From an uncultured Spirochaetota bacterium (lineage in GTDB: Bacteria > Spirochaetota > UBA4802 > UBA5550): DNA of 64,000 nucleotides. A program made the position numbers and the translations under genes. Shown one piece after another: positions 30,121-41,961 of this stretch (position 1 is the stretch's first letter; each line of letters opens with the position of its first letter). The stretch covers positions 288,001 through 352,000 of the forward strand of contig CAWHAA010000010.1 in the NCBI GenBank assembly GCA_963827275.1, written 5' to 3'. Below the pieces are notes generated by a model. The model did no database searches. It saw only the letters and a list, made by a program, of their open reading frames with translations, and was not told where the DNA came from.

Positions 30121-31167
30121 ATGAAAAAAGCAACCATCGTGGGGGCAACCGGGTTCGGCGGCCTCGGCCTTATCGAAATAATCCTCCGGCACCCCGGAAT
30201 GGAGATAAAACAGCTTGTCGCCCGCAAAGACGCCGGCAGGCCGGTCAGCGACGTGTACCCGCACCTGAAGGGGTTCTGCGACCTGCGGGTGGACACGCCC
30301 GAGGAGATCGACTACCACGGCATTGACATCGCGTTCTTCTCCACGCCGGACCGGGCCGGCATGACCCTCATCAATGAATTCTACCGGCGCGGCATCCCCG
30401 TCATCGACTTCAGCGGCGACTTCCGCTTCAGGAGCACCGATGACTACGGGGTCTACGCGAGGAACAAGGGGATGGAGGACACGCACCTCTCGCCGGAGCT
30501 CCTTCCCGGGACCGTGTACGGCCTTCCGGAAAAATACGCCGACCGGATCAGGAAGGCGAAGATAGTGGGAAACAGCGGCTGCTTCGCGATATGCATGACC
30601 CTGGGCCTGCTGCCCGCGGTCGAAGCGGGCATACTCGCGTCCGAGACGATCGTCTGCGACGGGAAAACCGGCGTCTCGGGCGCAGGGAAAAACTCGGGCG
30701 AGGCAAACCTGTATCCGCAGCGGCACGAGAACGTCAACACCTACCGGGAAGGGAAGCACCAGCACCTTGTCGAGGTGGAGAACATACTGAACGAGAGCGG
30801 CGGAAAGAAGGTCGCCATCCTGTTCGTGCCGCAGATCGTACCGCTGAACCGGGGTATCCTGGTCACCAGCTACATGGACGTAAAAAAAGGCCACGATACC
30901 GCCGCGCTCCTGAAGCTGTACAGGGACTATTACCGCGGGAAACCCTTCGTCGTGATCACCGACAAGTCTCCCAACACCGCCGAGGTCCGGGGCTCCAACC
31001 GCTGCCTGATACGGCCCATGGTGGACGATCGGACCGGCAAGCTCCTGGTCATATCCGCCATTGACAACCTTGTCAAGGGACAGGCGGGCAACGCGATACA
31101 GTGCGCGAACCTTATGCTCGGTTTCGAGGAGACCGCGGGCCTCAACACCCCGGCCTTCTACCCGTAA
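30121..31167 (+). CDS. argC: N-acetyl-gamma-glutamyl-phosphate reductase
   Basis: GATGFGG, DFSGDFR, YGLPE, SGC, GVSGAG, HQH, DNLVKGQAGNAIQ. Confidence 0.96.
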   Translation: MKKATIVGATGFGGLGLIEIILRHPGMEIKQLVARKDAGRPVSDVYPHLKGFCDLRVDTPEEIDYHGIDIAFFSTPDRAGMTLINEFYRRGIPVIDFSGDFRFRSTDDYGVYARNKGMEDTHLSPELLPGTVYGLPEKYADRIRKAKIVGNSGCFAICMTLGLLPAVEAGILASETIVCDGKTGVSGAGKNSGEANLYPQRHENVNTYREGKHQHLVEVENILNESGGKKVAILFVPQIVPLNRGILVTSYMDVKKGHDTAALLKLYRDYYRGKPFVVITDKSPNTAEVRGSNRCLIRPMVDDRTGKLLVISAIDNLVKGQAGNAIQCANLMLGFEETAGLNTPAFYP

Positions 31168-31276
31168 GGGACGCCGGGCGGGCGAACGGATAATAACACT
31201 TGACAAGCAGTATTAATATATAGAAAGTGAAAAACTCACCGCTGCCGGCAGCGGAAAATTTCATATCAGCACGGAA

Positions 31277-33019
31277 ATGTCGACAACCATAGAAAAGGGC
31301 ATAATAGCGTCACCGGGAATACGCATCGGCAAGGCATACGCGTACCACGGAGACGCCATAATCATCCCGAAATACCTCATCCGGGAGGACGAGGTGACCT
31401 ATGAGATCGCCCGGTTTGAACAAGCGAACGAAAAGACCAAGAACGACCTGAAGGCGATACAGGAGCAGATAGCCCGCAGCCTTTCGCACGATATGGCGGA
31501 CATCTTCACCAGCCATATCATGGTCCTCGAAGACCCGCAGATCGAGCAAAAGATACGGAACACCATCATCGAGAAGCGCAGGAACGCGGAGTGGGCCATC
31601 AACGACGTGTCACTCCAGCTGATGAACAGCTTTGCCTCCATCAAGGACGAATACCTCAGGGAACGGATCATCGACATATCCGATATCAACAAGCGGCTCA
31701 TCTCGAACCTCCAGAAAACCGAATCGACGTCACTGCAGGACATCACCGACGAGGTGATCGTGTTCGCCACCGACCTGACCCCGTCGGAAACGGCGCTGAT
31801 GAACAAGGAGCACATTCTCGCCTTCGTAACCGACCGGGGCGGCCGCACCTCGCACACCGCCATCATGGCGCGCGCGCTTGAAATACCGGCGATCGTCGGC
31901 ACGATGAACGCGACCTCCCTGGTCAAGACCGGCGACATGGTGATACTGGACGCCGTGCACGGCCGCATCATAATCGACCCGACCCCGGAAACCATCAACG
32001 AATACAGAAAATACGAGGAAGAATTCGAGGAGCTCGAGATCGAGCTGGCGAAGCTCAGCACCCTCCCCTCAAAAACGATCGACGGGCAGGAGATCTGCAT
32101 CTACGGGAACATCGAAATTCCCGACGAGATGAAGATCATCAAGGACCACGGCGCTCAGGGCATCGGCCTGTTCCGCTCCGAGTTCCTGTTCATGGACCAG
32201 TCGCTCCCCGACGAGGAGAAGCAGTTCTATGAATACCGGCGCGTTGTCGAATTTTTCAATCCTCTCCCGGTGACCATACGGACCATCGACGTGGGCGCCG
32301 ACAAGGTCTATGCGTACACGAACCACTACCGGGAGCGCAATCCCTTCCTGGGGTGCCGCGCCATCCGCTTCAGCCTGGAAAACATGGACCTGTTCAGGAT
32401 CCAGCTCCGGGCGATCCTCCGGGCAAGCCACTACGGCAACCTCAAGCTGATGTTCCCGATGATCACGACCATAGAAGAGTTCAAAAAAGCGCGCGGCATC
32501 ACCCTTGACGTCATGGAGGAGCTGCGCCGTGAAAAAATACCGTTCGATGAAAAAATCAAGATCGGCCTCATGATCGAGGTGCCCTCCGCCGTGGTGAACG
32601 CCGACATTCTGGGCAAGTACGCCGATTTCTTTTCCGTGGGAACGAACGACCTGGTGCAGTACCTTCTCGCGGTCGAGCGCACCAGCGAAAAGATCGCGTA
32701 CCTGTATAATCCGCTCAACCTTTCGGTGCTCAGGTTCCTCAAACAGGTGGCCGAGGCCGCGAAGATGAACAAGGTCCATCTTTCCATCTGCGGCGAAATG
32801 GCAGGCGAGCCGCAGTACTCTATGGTGCTGCTCGGGCTCGGTTTCCGTCACCTGTCGATGAGCCCCGTCTACATGCACCAGGTCAAGAAGATCGTGCGGT
32901 CGGTTTCAATACGGGAGTGCGAGGAGATGGTCGCGTCGCTCTTCGGGCTCGAGGACACGGAAGAGATCGAGGCCCTGGTCAGGAAGAAATTCAAGGAAAA
33001 GTTCGACCAGTCCAGATGA
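31277..33019 (+). CDS. ptsI: Phosphoenolpyruvate-protein phosphotransferase (PTS enzyme I)
   Basis: GGRTSHTAIMAR phospho-His motif, GLFRSEF, NPFLGCRAIR, GTNDLVQY, CGE. Confidence 0.96.
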   Translation: MSTTIEKGIIASPGIRIGKAYAYHGDAIIIPKYLIREDEVTYEIARFEQANEKTKNDLKAIQEQIARSLSHDMADIFTSHIMVLEDPQIEQKIRNTIIEKRRNAEWAINDVSLQLMNSFASIKDEYLRERIIDISDINKRLISNLQKTESTSLQDITDEVIVFATDLTPSETALMNKEHILAFVTDRGGRTSHTAIMARALEIPAIVGTMNATSLVKTGDMVILDAVHGRIIIDPTPETINEYRKYEEEFEELEIELAKLSTLPSKTIDGQEICIYGNIEIPDEMKIIKDHGAQGIGLFRSEFLFMDQSLPDEEKQFYEYRRVVEFFNPLPVTIRTIDVGADKVYAYTNHYRERNPFLGCRAIRFSLENMDLFRIQLRAILRASHYGNLKLMFPMITTIEEFKKARGITLDVMEELRREKIPFDEKIKIGLMIEVPSAVVNADILGKYADFFSVGTNDLVQYLLAVERTSEKIAYLYNPLNLSVLRFLKQVAEAAKMNKVHLSICGEMAGEPQYSMVLLGLGFRHLSMSPVYMHQVKKIVRSVSIRECEEMVASLFGLEDTEEIEALVRKKFKEKFDQSR

Positions 33020-33765
33020 AGCTCTACCACGAACTCGCCCGCTCATACTTCTCCATAGAAAAAAACCACCGCGACATCAGGCGCGACGTCGCGTTCATCA
33101 CCGCCCTGCTGAGCGGCAGGCCATCGCCCTCGCTCCTTGACCTCGGGTGCGGCACCGGCGAGCACCTTTCCCTGCTTTCGAAAGAGGGGATCCGCTGCAC
33201 GGGCATCGACAGCAGCGAGGAGATGATCGCCGCGGCCCGGGAGCGCTCACCGCGCGGCATCGACTTCATGCACGCCGACATGTCCGACCTCGCATTTGAA
33301 AACGCTTTTGACATGGTGATCTCGCTCTTCGGCTCGTTCAACTACCTGATAGAGGATGCTGACATCGAATCAACGCTCTTCAAGGTAAAGAGGGCGATGA
33401 AGACGGGAGGCGCGGGCGTGTTCGAGATATGGAATTCCCCTCCCATTAAAAAGATACGGAAAAAGGAGATCGGCCCGGTTTCAACCACCACCCACGACGG
33501 CGCCGTTATCAGGCGCGAGCGCGGGTTCAGCCTCAGGGATGACGCGTTCAAATCGGTCGTGGAAGTCAATTACCGGTATACCGTGCAGGATGGGGGAAGC
33601 ACGAAAACCCTCCGTGACCGCCATGTCATGAGGGCCATGACGGCCGGAGAGATCATGGGGTTTCTCTCGCGTACGGGGTTCACCGTAAAAAATATCTACG
33701 CGAACTTCCTCTCCGAACCCTACCAGGAAAATTCAAACAGGATGGTGGTCCATTTCACGCGGTGA
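33016..33765 (+). CDS. Class I SAM-dependent methyltransferase
   Basis: LLDLGCGTG; ATGA overlap with the ptsI stop. Confidence 0.9.
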   Translation: MKLYHELARSYFSIEKNHRDIRRDVAFITALLSGRPSPSLLDLGCGTGEHLSLLSKEGIRCTGIDSSEEMIAAARERSPRGIDFMHADMSDLAFENAFDMVISLFGSFNYLIEDADIESTLFKVKRAMKTGGAGVFEIWNSPPIKKIRKKEIGPVSTTTHDGAVIRRERGFSLRDDAFKSVVEVNYRYTVQDGGSTKTLRDRHVMRAMTAGEIMGFLSRTGFTVKNIYANFLSEPYQENSNRMVVHFTR

Positions 33766-33770
33766 CGATG

Positions 33771-36210
<2,440 letters not shown>

Positions 36211-36338
36211 GGCAGACCTTTATGCGCGCCCCGCCCCGCTCCCTCGGCGGAGCGGCGCTGCGCCCTTGTGTAGTGGTACATCGCCGGGACCGTGATGATA
36301 CGCGATCGCGGCGGATGCTGTGCCGGCATACGCCGGCG

Positions 36339-37595
36339 TCAGGCGGTTTTCTCCTCCTCGCGGTAGTGTATTTCCGGTCCCTTCTTCCCCGTGACCATAT
36401 CGCGGGTTATCACTATCTTCGCGATGTTGTTCATCGACGGGATATCGAACATGAGGTCGAGCATCAGCTTCTCGAGGACCGCCCTGAGGCCGCGTGCGCC
36501 GGACTCCCTCGCCATCGACTGGACAGCGATCTCCTCGATCGCGCCCTCGGTGAATTCAAGCTCGACTTCCTCGAAGGAGAATATCTTCTTGTATTGCTTC
36601 GTGAAGGCGTTCATCGGCTCGGTGAGTATCCGGATCAGCGCCCCCTTGCTCAGCTCGTCAAGCACCGCGACGACCGGGAGCCTGCCGACGAACTCGGGTA
36701 TGAGCCCGTACTTGATCAGGTCTTCCGGGATCAGGTTGCGCAATTCATTCGTCCCGGTGTCTTCTTTCTTCGACTTGATCTCGGCGCCAAAGCCGAGCAT
36801 CTTGTTCCCGATCCGCCTCTCGACGAGCTTGTCGAGGCCCACGAAGGCCCCGCCGCATATGAACAGTATGTTAACGGTGTTTATCGATATGAATTCCTGA
36901 TGGGGGTGCTTGCGCCCGCCCTGCGGGGGCACGTTCGCGATCGTGCCTTCGATGATCTTCAGCAGCGCCTGCTGCACGCCCTCACCGGACACGTCGCGCG
37001 TGATCGAGGGGTTGTCCGACTTCTTGGATATCTTGTCGATCTCGTCGATATAGACGATGCCGATCTCCGCCTTCTTCACGTCGCCGTCGGCGTTCTGTAT
37101 CAGCCGCAGCAGGATGTTCTCGACGTCTTCACCGACATAGCCCGCTTCGGTGAGCGAGGTGGCGTCCGCAATGGCGAACGGCACCTGGAGTATCCGCGCC
37201 AGCGTCTGCGCCAGGAGCGTTTTTCCCGAGCCGGTGGGCCCGGCGAGGAGGATGTTGCTCTTGTCCAGCTCCACGTCGTTCTTTTTCAGGTTCTTGTTGG
37301 AATAGATCCTCTTGTAGTGGTTGTACACCGCCACGGCGAGGATTTTCTTGGCCTCATCCTGGTCGATGACATACTTGTCGAGTATCTCCTTGATCTCTTT
37401 GGGCTTCGGCAGGTTGTGGAAGTCTTCCTCGAACGCCTTGCTCCGGTCCTCCGCGACGATCTCGTTGCACAATTCTATGCATTCGTCGCAGATATAGACG
37501 TCGGGGCCCGCGACGAGCTTTTTGACGATGTCCTGGCTCTTCCCGCAAAAGGAGCAGTTGAGTTTGGCGGTTTCTTCTTTCTTTTTTGAAGACAT
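36339..37595 (-). CDS. clpX: ATP-dependent Clp protease ATP-binding subunit ClpX
   Basis: CSFC..CDEC zinc finger, [23 protein letters not shown] loop. Confidence 0.98.
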   Translation of the reverse strand: MSSKKKEETAKLNCSFCGKSQDIVKKLVAGPDVYICDECIELCNEIVAEDRSKAFEEDFHNLPKPKEIKEILDKYVIDQDEAKKILAVAVYNHYKRIYSNKNLKKNDVELDKSNILLAGPTGSGKTLLAQTLARILQVPFAIADATSLTEAGYVGEDVENILLRLIQNADGDVKKAEIGIVYIDEIDKISKKSDNPSITRDVSGEGVQQALLKIIEGTIANVPPQGGRKHPHQEFISINTVNILFICGGAFVGLDKLVERRIGNKMLGFGAEIKSKKEDTGTNELRNLIPEDLIKYGLIPEFVGRLPVVAVLDELSKGALIRILTEPMNAFTKQYKKIFSFEEVELEFTEGAIEEIAVQSMARESGARGLRAVLEKLMLDLMFDIPSMNNIAKIVITRDMVTGKKGPEIHYREEEKTA

Positions 37596-37606
37596 TTCAC
37601 TCCTCC

Positions 37607-38191
37607 CTACTTGCTGCGTTCGATCACTTTGTCGATGAGGCCGTAATCCATCGCTTCCTGCGACGACATGAAATAGTCGCGGTCAACGTCCTTCTCTATC
37701 TTCTCGACCGGCTGCCCCGTGTGGTGCGCGTAAATGTCATTCAGCTTTTTCTTCACCTTGATGATCTCTTTCGCCTGTATCTCGATGTCCGAGGCCTGGC
37801 CCTGGAACCCGCCCGCGGGCTGGTGGATCATGATCCTCGAGTTCGGGAGGGCGGAGCGCTTTCCCTTGGCGCCGGCCGCCAGGAGGAGCGAGCCCATCGA
37901 AGCCGCCTGGCCGATGCAGATGGTCGCGACATCCGGCTTGATGTACTGCATGGTGTCGTAAATCGCCATGCCCGAGGTGACAATGCCCCCGGGGGAATTG
38001 ATATACAGGTAGATGTCCTTGTCCGGGTCCTCCGCCTCAAGGAACAGCATCTGCGCAATCACCAGGCTTGAAATATGATCGTCTATAGATTCCCCGAGAA
38101 AAATGATCCGGTCTTTTAGAAGCCGCGAATAAATGTCGTATGATCGTTCTCCCCGGCTGGTCTGTTCTATGACAAATGGCACTAAACTCAT
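37607..38191 (-). CDS. clpP: Clp protease proteolytic subunit
   Basis: [23 protein letters not shown]; start MSLVPFV. Confidence 0.98.
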   Translation of the reverse strand: MSLVPFVIEQTSRGERSYDIYSRLLKDRIIFLGESIDDHISSLVIAQMLFLEAEDPDKDIYLYINSPGGIVTSGMAIYDTMQYIKPDVATICIGQAASMGSLLLAAGAKGKRSALPNSRIMIHQPAGGFQGQASDIEIQAKEIIKVKKKLNDIYAHHTGQPVEKIEKDVDRDYFMSSQEAMDYGLIDKVIERSK

Positions 38192-38471
38192 GTTGCGGTC
38201 ACCTCGAAAGTTGATTTGGCCTGGCCGGGCGCCGCCGCGCGGGACCCGCACCGCCATGGCAATTATAAAACACGTATCTATTTAGAATCCACTAAATTAA
38301 TATAGTTACACTGTTTTATATTATTTACTTTTAATTTCGGCAGAACGATCGGATTCTCAGCATCCATTTTTGCAGAATAGTAACTATACATTGCAAATTA
38401 AAATATACATCAAAATGAGACATATATCAAGCAATTAATTGACGTGCCTGCCAAAAAAAGGCCCGCGGCTG

Positions 38472-39819
38472 CTACCGCCGGCCCCTGTTCCGCGTGAATT
38501 CCTCGAAGGTGATCGGCTTCAGCTTTTTGATCTTCGCGTTTTCATAGATAAAATCCATCGCGCCGTCAAGAAGGAGCTCCGTCTCGATGCTGCCCCGCGA
38601 ATCATTGTCGGTGATGATCTTTTCGATCTCCTCGACGGTCTTGTTGTTCCGCTTGGCGATGCTCTCCACCACCTCTTTGTATTTCGCCTCGTCGACCTTC
38701 ATCTCCTCTTTCCGGTAAATTTCAGAAAGCGCGAGCGTGGTCTTTATCGTCTGGCTCGCTTCCTGGCGGAGCTGGTCGGCAAAGGCCGACGGCTCGATGC
38801 CCATGAGCGTGGCAAACTCCTCGATATTGTTCGATTGATAACCGACGCTGTCGCAGGTCTTCTTGAAGAGGCGGTCCATTTCTCCGAGTATCATCGATTC
38901 GGGGATCTCGAACTTGCTGTCCTCGACGATCTGCTTGAGTATCTGCGCCTTCGCGTCGCCCTTCGTCTTTTCAAGAACGAATTTTTCCAGGTACTCCCTC
39001 GTCTTCACCGTGAACTCGCCGATGGTCTGGTAGCCCAGCTTTGCGGCGAACTCGTCGTTCAGCTCGGGAAGCTCCATGCTGTTCAGCGCGGCTATTTTTA
39101 CAAGGTAGGTCACCTTCTGCCCCGCAAGGTCGGCGATGTAGTAGTCTTTCGGATATTTTACCTCGACCTCTTTTTCTTCGTCGATCTTCATGCCCGCGAT
39201 GTGCTTGTCCAGGGCGGAATCATCCGTGCTCCTGCCGACGACTATCTGGTACTCCTTGAAATCAAGCGTTTCACGCTTCGATTCCTCGACATCATCGATC
39301 CGCTTCACCTTCAGGTTGACCATGTCGCCGTTCTCCACGACCGCGTCATCCGGCTTCTTGTCGATCTTCGCGAAACGCTCGCGTATCGCGTTTATCTCTG
39401 AATCGACGCTCGTATCGTCGATCGCGCACACCTGCTCGTCAGCCGACAACCCCTTGTATTTGCCGAGCTCGATGGAGGGAGGCATTTCAAACGTCGCCTT
39501 GAATGAAAACGGCTCATCACGGGAAATTTTATCGAACTGGTACTTCGGGAAGGCTATCGGGGTGAGCTGTTTCTCCTCAACGGCCTCGTAAAAAGCCGGA
39601 GCGCAGGAGGTTTTCAGCCACCTCCTGGTCGGCCTCGCTTTTAAAGCGGGCCTCAACCATCGGCAGGGGGGCTTTCCCTTTCCTGAAGCCGTCAATCTTG
39701 ACGATATCCTTGAGCTTGTTGAATACCGCCTGGTATTCGGTTTCAACCTGTTCAACCGGCACATCTATCTGCAATTCCATGGTCGCGTTTTCAAGCTTTT
39801 TCTCGGTGATGTTCAGCAT
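38472..39819 (-). pseudogene. tig: Trigger factor with one +1 frameshift at the A5 run 39590-39594 (probably a sequencing error)
   Basis: GFRKGKAP ribosome-binding motif in one frame, FKBP and C-domain (YPKDY, LPELNDEFA) in another; upstream of clpP. Confidence 0.9.
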
Positions 39820-39968
39820 GTACGTCCTCGTGATTTTTTTATTATTTATATCCTGCGTGGCGCACGGCGATGCCGCTTGTTCCGTGCAAATTATATCAAA
39901 TATTTGACCGTTGATTTTTGAGTCAAACATTTTTTTACAAAACGTCTATATTGTTTAATATAGAAAAT

Positions 39969-40006
39969 AAAAAAGCCACCCATTATTGTTGCAATATGGG
40001 TGGCTT
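39969..40006 (-). terminator. Rho-independent terminator after the tRNA pair
   Basis: AAGCCACCCAT / ATGGGTGGCTT stem with an upstream A-run (U-tract on the minus strand). Confidence 0.8.
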
Positions 40007-40012
40007 CTACTG

Positions 40013-40084
<72 letters not shown>

Positions 40085-40089
40085 AGAAT

Positions 40090-40171
40090 TGCGAGCGAAG
40101 GGAATCGAACCCCCACGCCTTTCGGCACTAGATCCTAAGTCTAGCGTGTCTGCCAGTTCCACCACGCTCGC
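40090..40171 (-). tRNA. tRNA-Leu(TAG)
   Basis: GCGAGCG acceptor stem, CTAGA-CTTAGGA-TCTAG, long variable arm, GGTTCGATTCC; CCA not encoded. Confidence 0.97.
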
Positions 40172-40223
40172 ATGGGAGAACTTCGACAACTATGATTCGA
40201 CCCCCCTAAATTACAAGTTTTTT

Positions 40224-40457
40224 TTATTTATGACAGCCGGCTCCCACGCATGTGGCGCCCTTTTCAAGAGCGGCGAGGTTCTGGCCCTTTTTCTTTTCAA
40301 TTTTGGCCGCAGTATGGCAATATCCGCAATTGACAGCCTTGCCGTCTTTCTTCTTGCCGGCATGCTTTTTCATGATAGCCGGGTTCGCCATAATGCTGGC
40401 CGCTGAAAAAGCAACGATCATTATCAGGGCTGAGCAAAAGAGATAGAATTTTCTCAT
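40224..40457 (-). CDS. Small secreted putative c-type cytochrome (CxxCH and Cx4CH)
   Basis: AAGGAG RBS, signal peptide, CGYCH and CVGAGCH. Confidence 0.75.
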   Translation of the reverse strand: MRKFYLFCSALIMIVAFSAASIMANPAIMKKHAGKKKDGKAVNCGYCHTAAKIEKKKGQNLAALEKGATCVGAGCHK

Positions 40458-40617
40458 TGAAATCTCCTTCGATATTTAATTTAATGTAAAAAGTACAGAT
40501 GATGTCTGTTCGAGTCAATAAAAAATTTTGATTTTTACACTATTTCACACGGCAGCCTGCAGGCATACATCTCCCCGGCGCCCCCGGGGAGATTGACGCG
40601 GGGATCAATAACACTCT

Positions 40618-41346
40618 ATGAAACTGAAAATACTCTACGAAGACAACCATCTCATCGCGGTGGACAAGGAGGCCGGTGTTCTTTCACAGAAAGACAGCTC
40701 CGGCGTGCCCTCGCTGACCGAGCTGGTGAAGGACTACATAAAGGAAAAATACAGGAAGCCGGGTGCGGTCTTCCTCGGGCCGGTGCACCGGCTGGACAGG
40801 CCGGTTTCGGGCATCATCCTGTTCGCGCGGACCTCGAAGGCGGCGGAGCGCATGCAGAAGGAGTTTGCCGGCCGAAGCGTAGTAAAGATCTATCTGGCCC
40901 TGGTCGAGGGAGGGAAACGCCCCGGGCATGGCGCCTGGACGGAGTGCGAGGACCGCCTGGTGAAAAAAAGAGGATTTTCCGAGAAAGAAAGTGCGGGGAG
41001 CCGGAACGTAAAGACCGCGCGTTTGAAGTTCACGGCCGTCGCGTCGAATGAGCGGTACGATCTCCTCCTGGTCAGCCTCCTGACCGGCAGGAAGCACCAG
41101 ATCAGGGCCCAGCTCGCCCTGCAGGGGATGCCGATCGTCGGGGACGCGGCGTACGGGTCGCGCGAACCGGTCGCGGACGGTTCGATATGCCTGCACTCCT
41201 ATTTCATGCGGTTCACGCACCCCACCCTTCGCGGGCCCGTTGAGATTTTTTCGGCAATACCCGGGCGGATAACCGACCGGATCGGCACCGACGAAAGCCT
41301 CCTGAGGAACATTGCGGGCGGGGTCCGCGCGTCAGCGTCGGGGTAG
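40618..41346 (+). CDS. RluA family pseudouridine synthase
   Basis: ILYEDNH, HRLDRPVSG, TGRKHQIR, PIVGD..YG. Confidence 0.94.
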   Translation: MKLKILYEDNHLIAVDKEAGVLSQKDSSGVPSLTELVKDYIKEKYRKPGAVFLGPVHRLDRPVSGIILFARTSKAAERMQKEFAGRSVVKIYLALVEGGKRPGHGAWTECEDRLVKKRGFSEKESAGSRNVKTARLKFTAVASNERYDLLLVSLLTGRKHQIRAQLALQGMPIVGDAAYGSREPVADGSICLHSYFMRFTHPTLRGPVEIFSAIPGRITDRIGTDESLLRNIAGGVRASASG

Positions 41347-41356
41347 CACGGGCAAT

Positions 41357-41782
41357 TTACAGGTGATAGTCGCCGGCCGCCTCCGGCTGATAGAGGATCC
41401 CCTCGATCTTGAAAGACTTTTCCCCTGCCGGGACGTCCCAGGAAATCACATCGCCCGCGCGATATCCGAGCACGGCCGCCCCCACCGGCGAGAGCACCGA
41501 TATTTTTCCGCTGTCAAAATCGGCTTCCTCCGGAAAGACAAGCGTAAATTCGCGCGGATCATCCGCCGTATCAAGGTCTTTCAGCCAGAACGTGGAATTC
41601 ATGGTCACCACATCAGGCGCAATCTTCTCCGGGTCCATTTTTTCAGCCCTGGCAAGTTCAAAGGAGAGTTTTGATATCGTCCCCCCGCCCTTGCCCTGAC
41701 CGCCCGGCGCATATGAGCCAATGAGGTTTTTCAGCCTCGTATAGTCAAATTTTGTGATAAAAATTTCTTTCTGACGTGCCAT
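41357..41782 (-). CDS. rnk: Regulator of nucleoside diphosphate kinase (GreA/GreB family)
   Basis: DVVTMNS, TLVFPEEAD, ISVLSPVGAAVLG, ILYQPEAAG. Confidence 0.92.
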   Translation of the reverse strand: MARQKEIFITKFDYTRLKNLIGSYAPGGQGKGGGTISKLSFELARAEKMDPEKIAPDVVTMNSTFWLKDLDTADDPREFTLVFPEEADFDSGKISVLSPVGAAVLGYRAGDVISWDVPAGEKSFKIEGILYQPEAAGDYHL

Positions 41783-41961
41783 GGGTGCGCCTCCCTGCTC
41801 TTATGTAATTGATCGTTGTGATTTGAGATAAACTCGCGCCGGAAAATCTAGCGGAATGATATACGTTGAATTATGTTCTGATACTAATATAACCCATCTA
41901 TCTTAAAAAGTCAAGTAGCGGCGTGGGCGGCCCCAACAGCCGCCCACGGAGAACAACCGCA

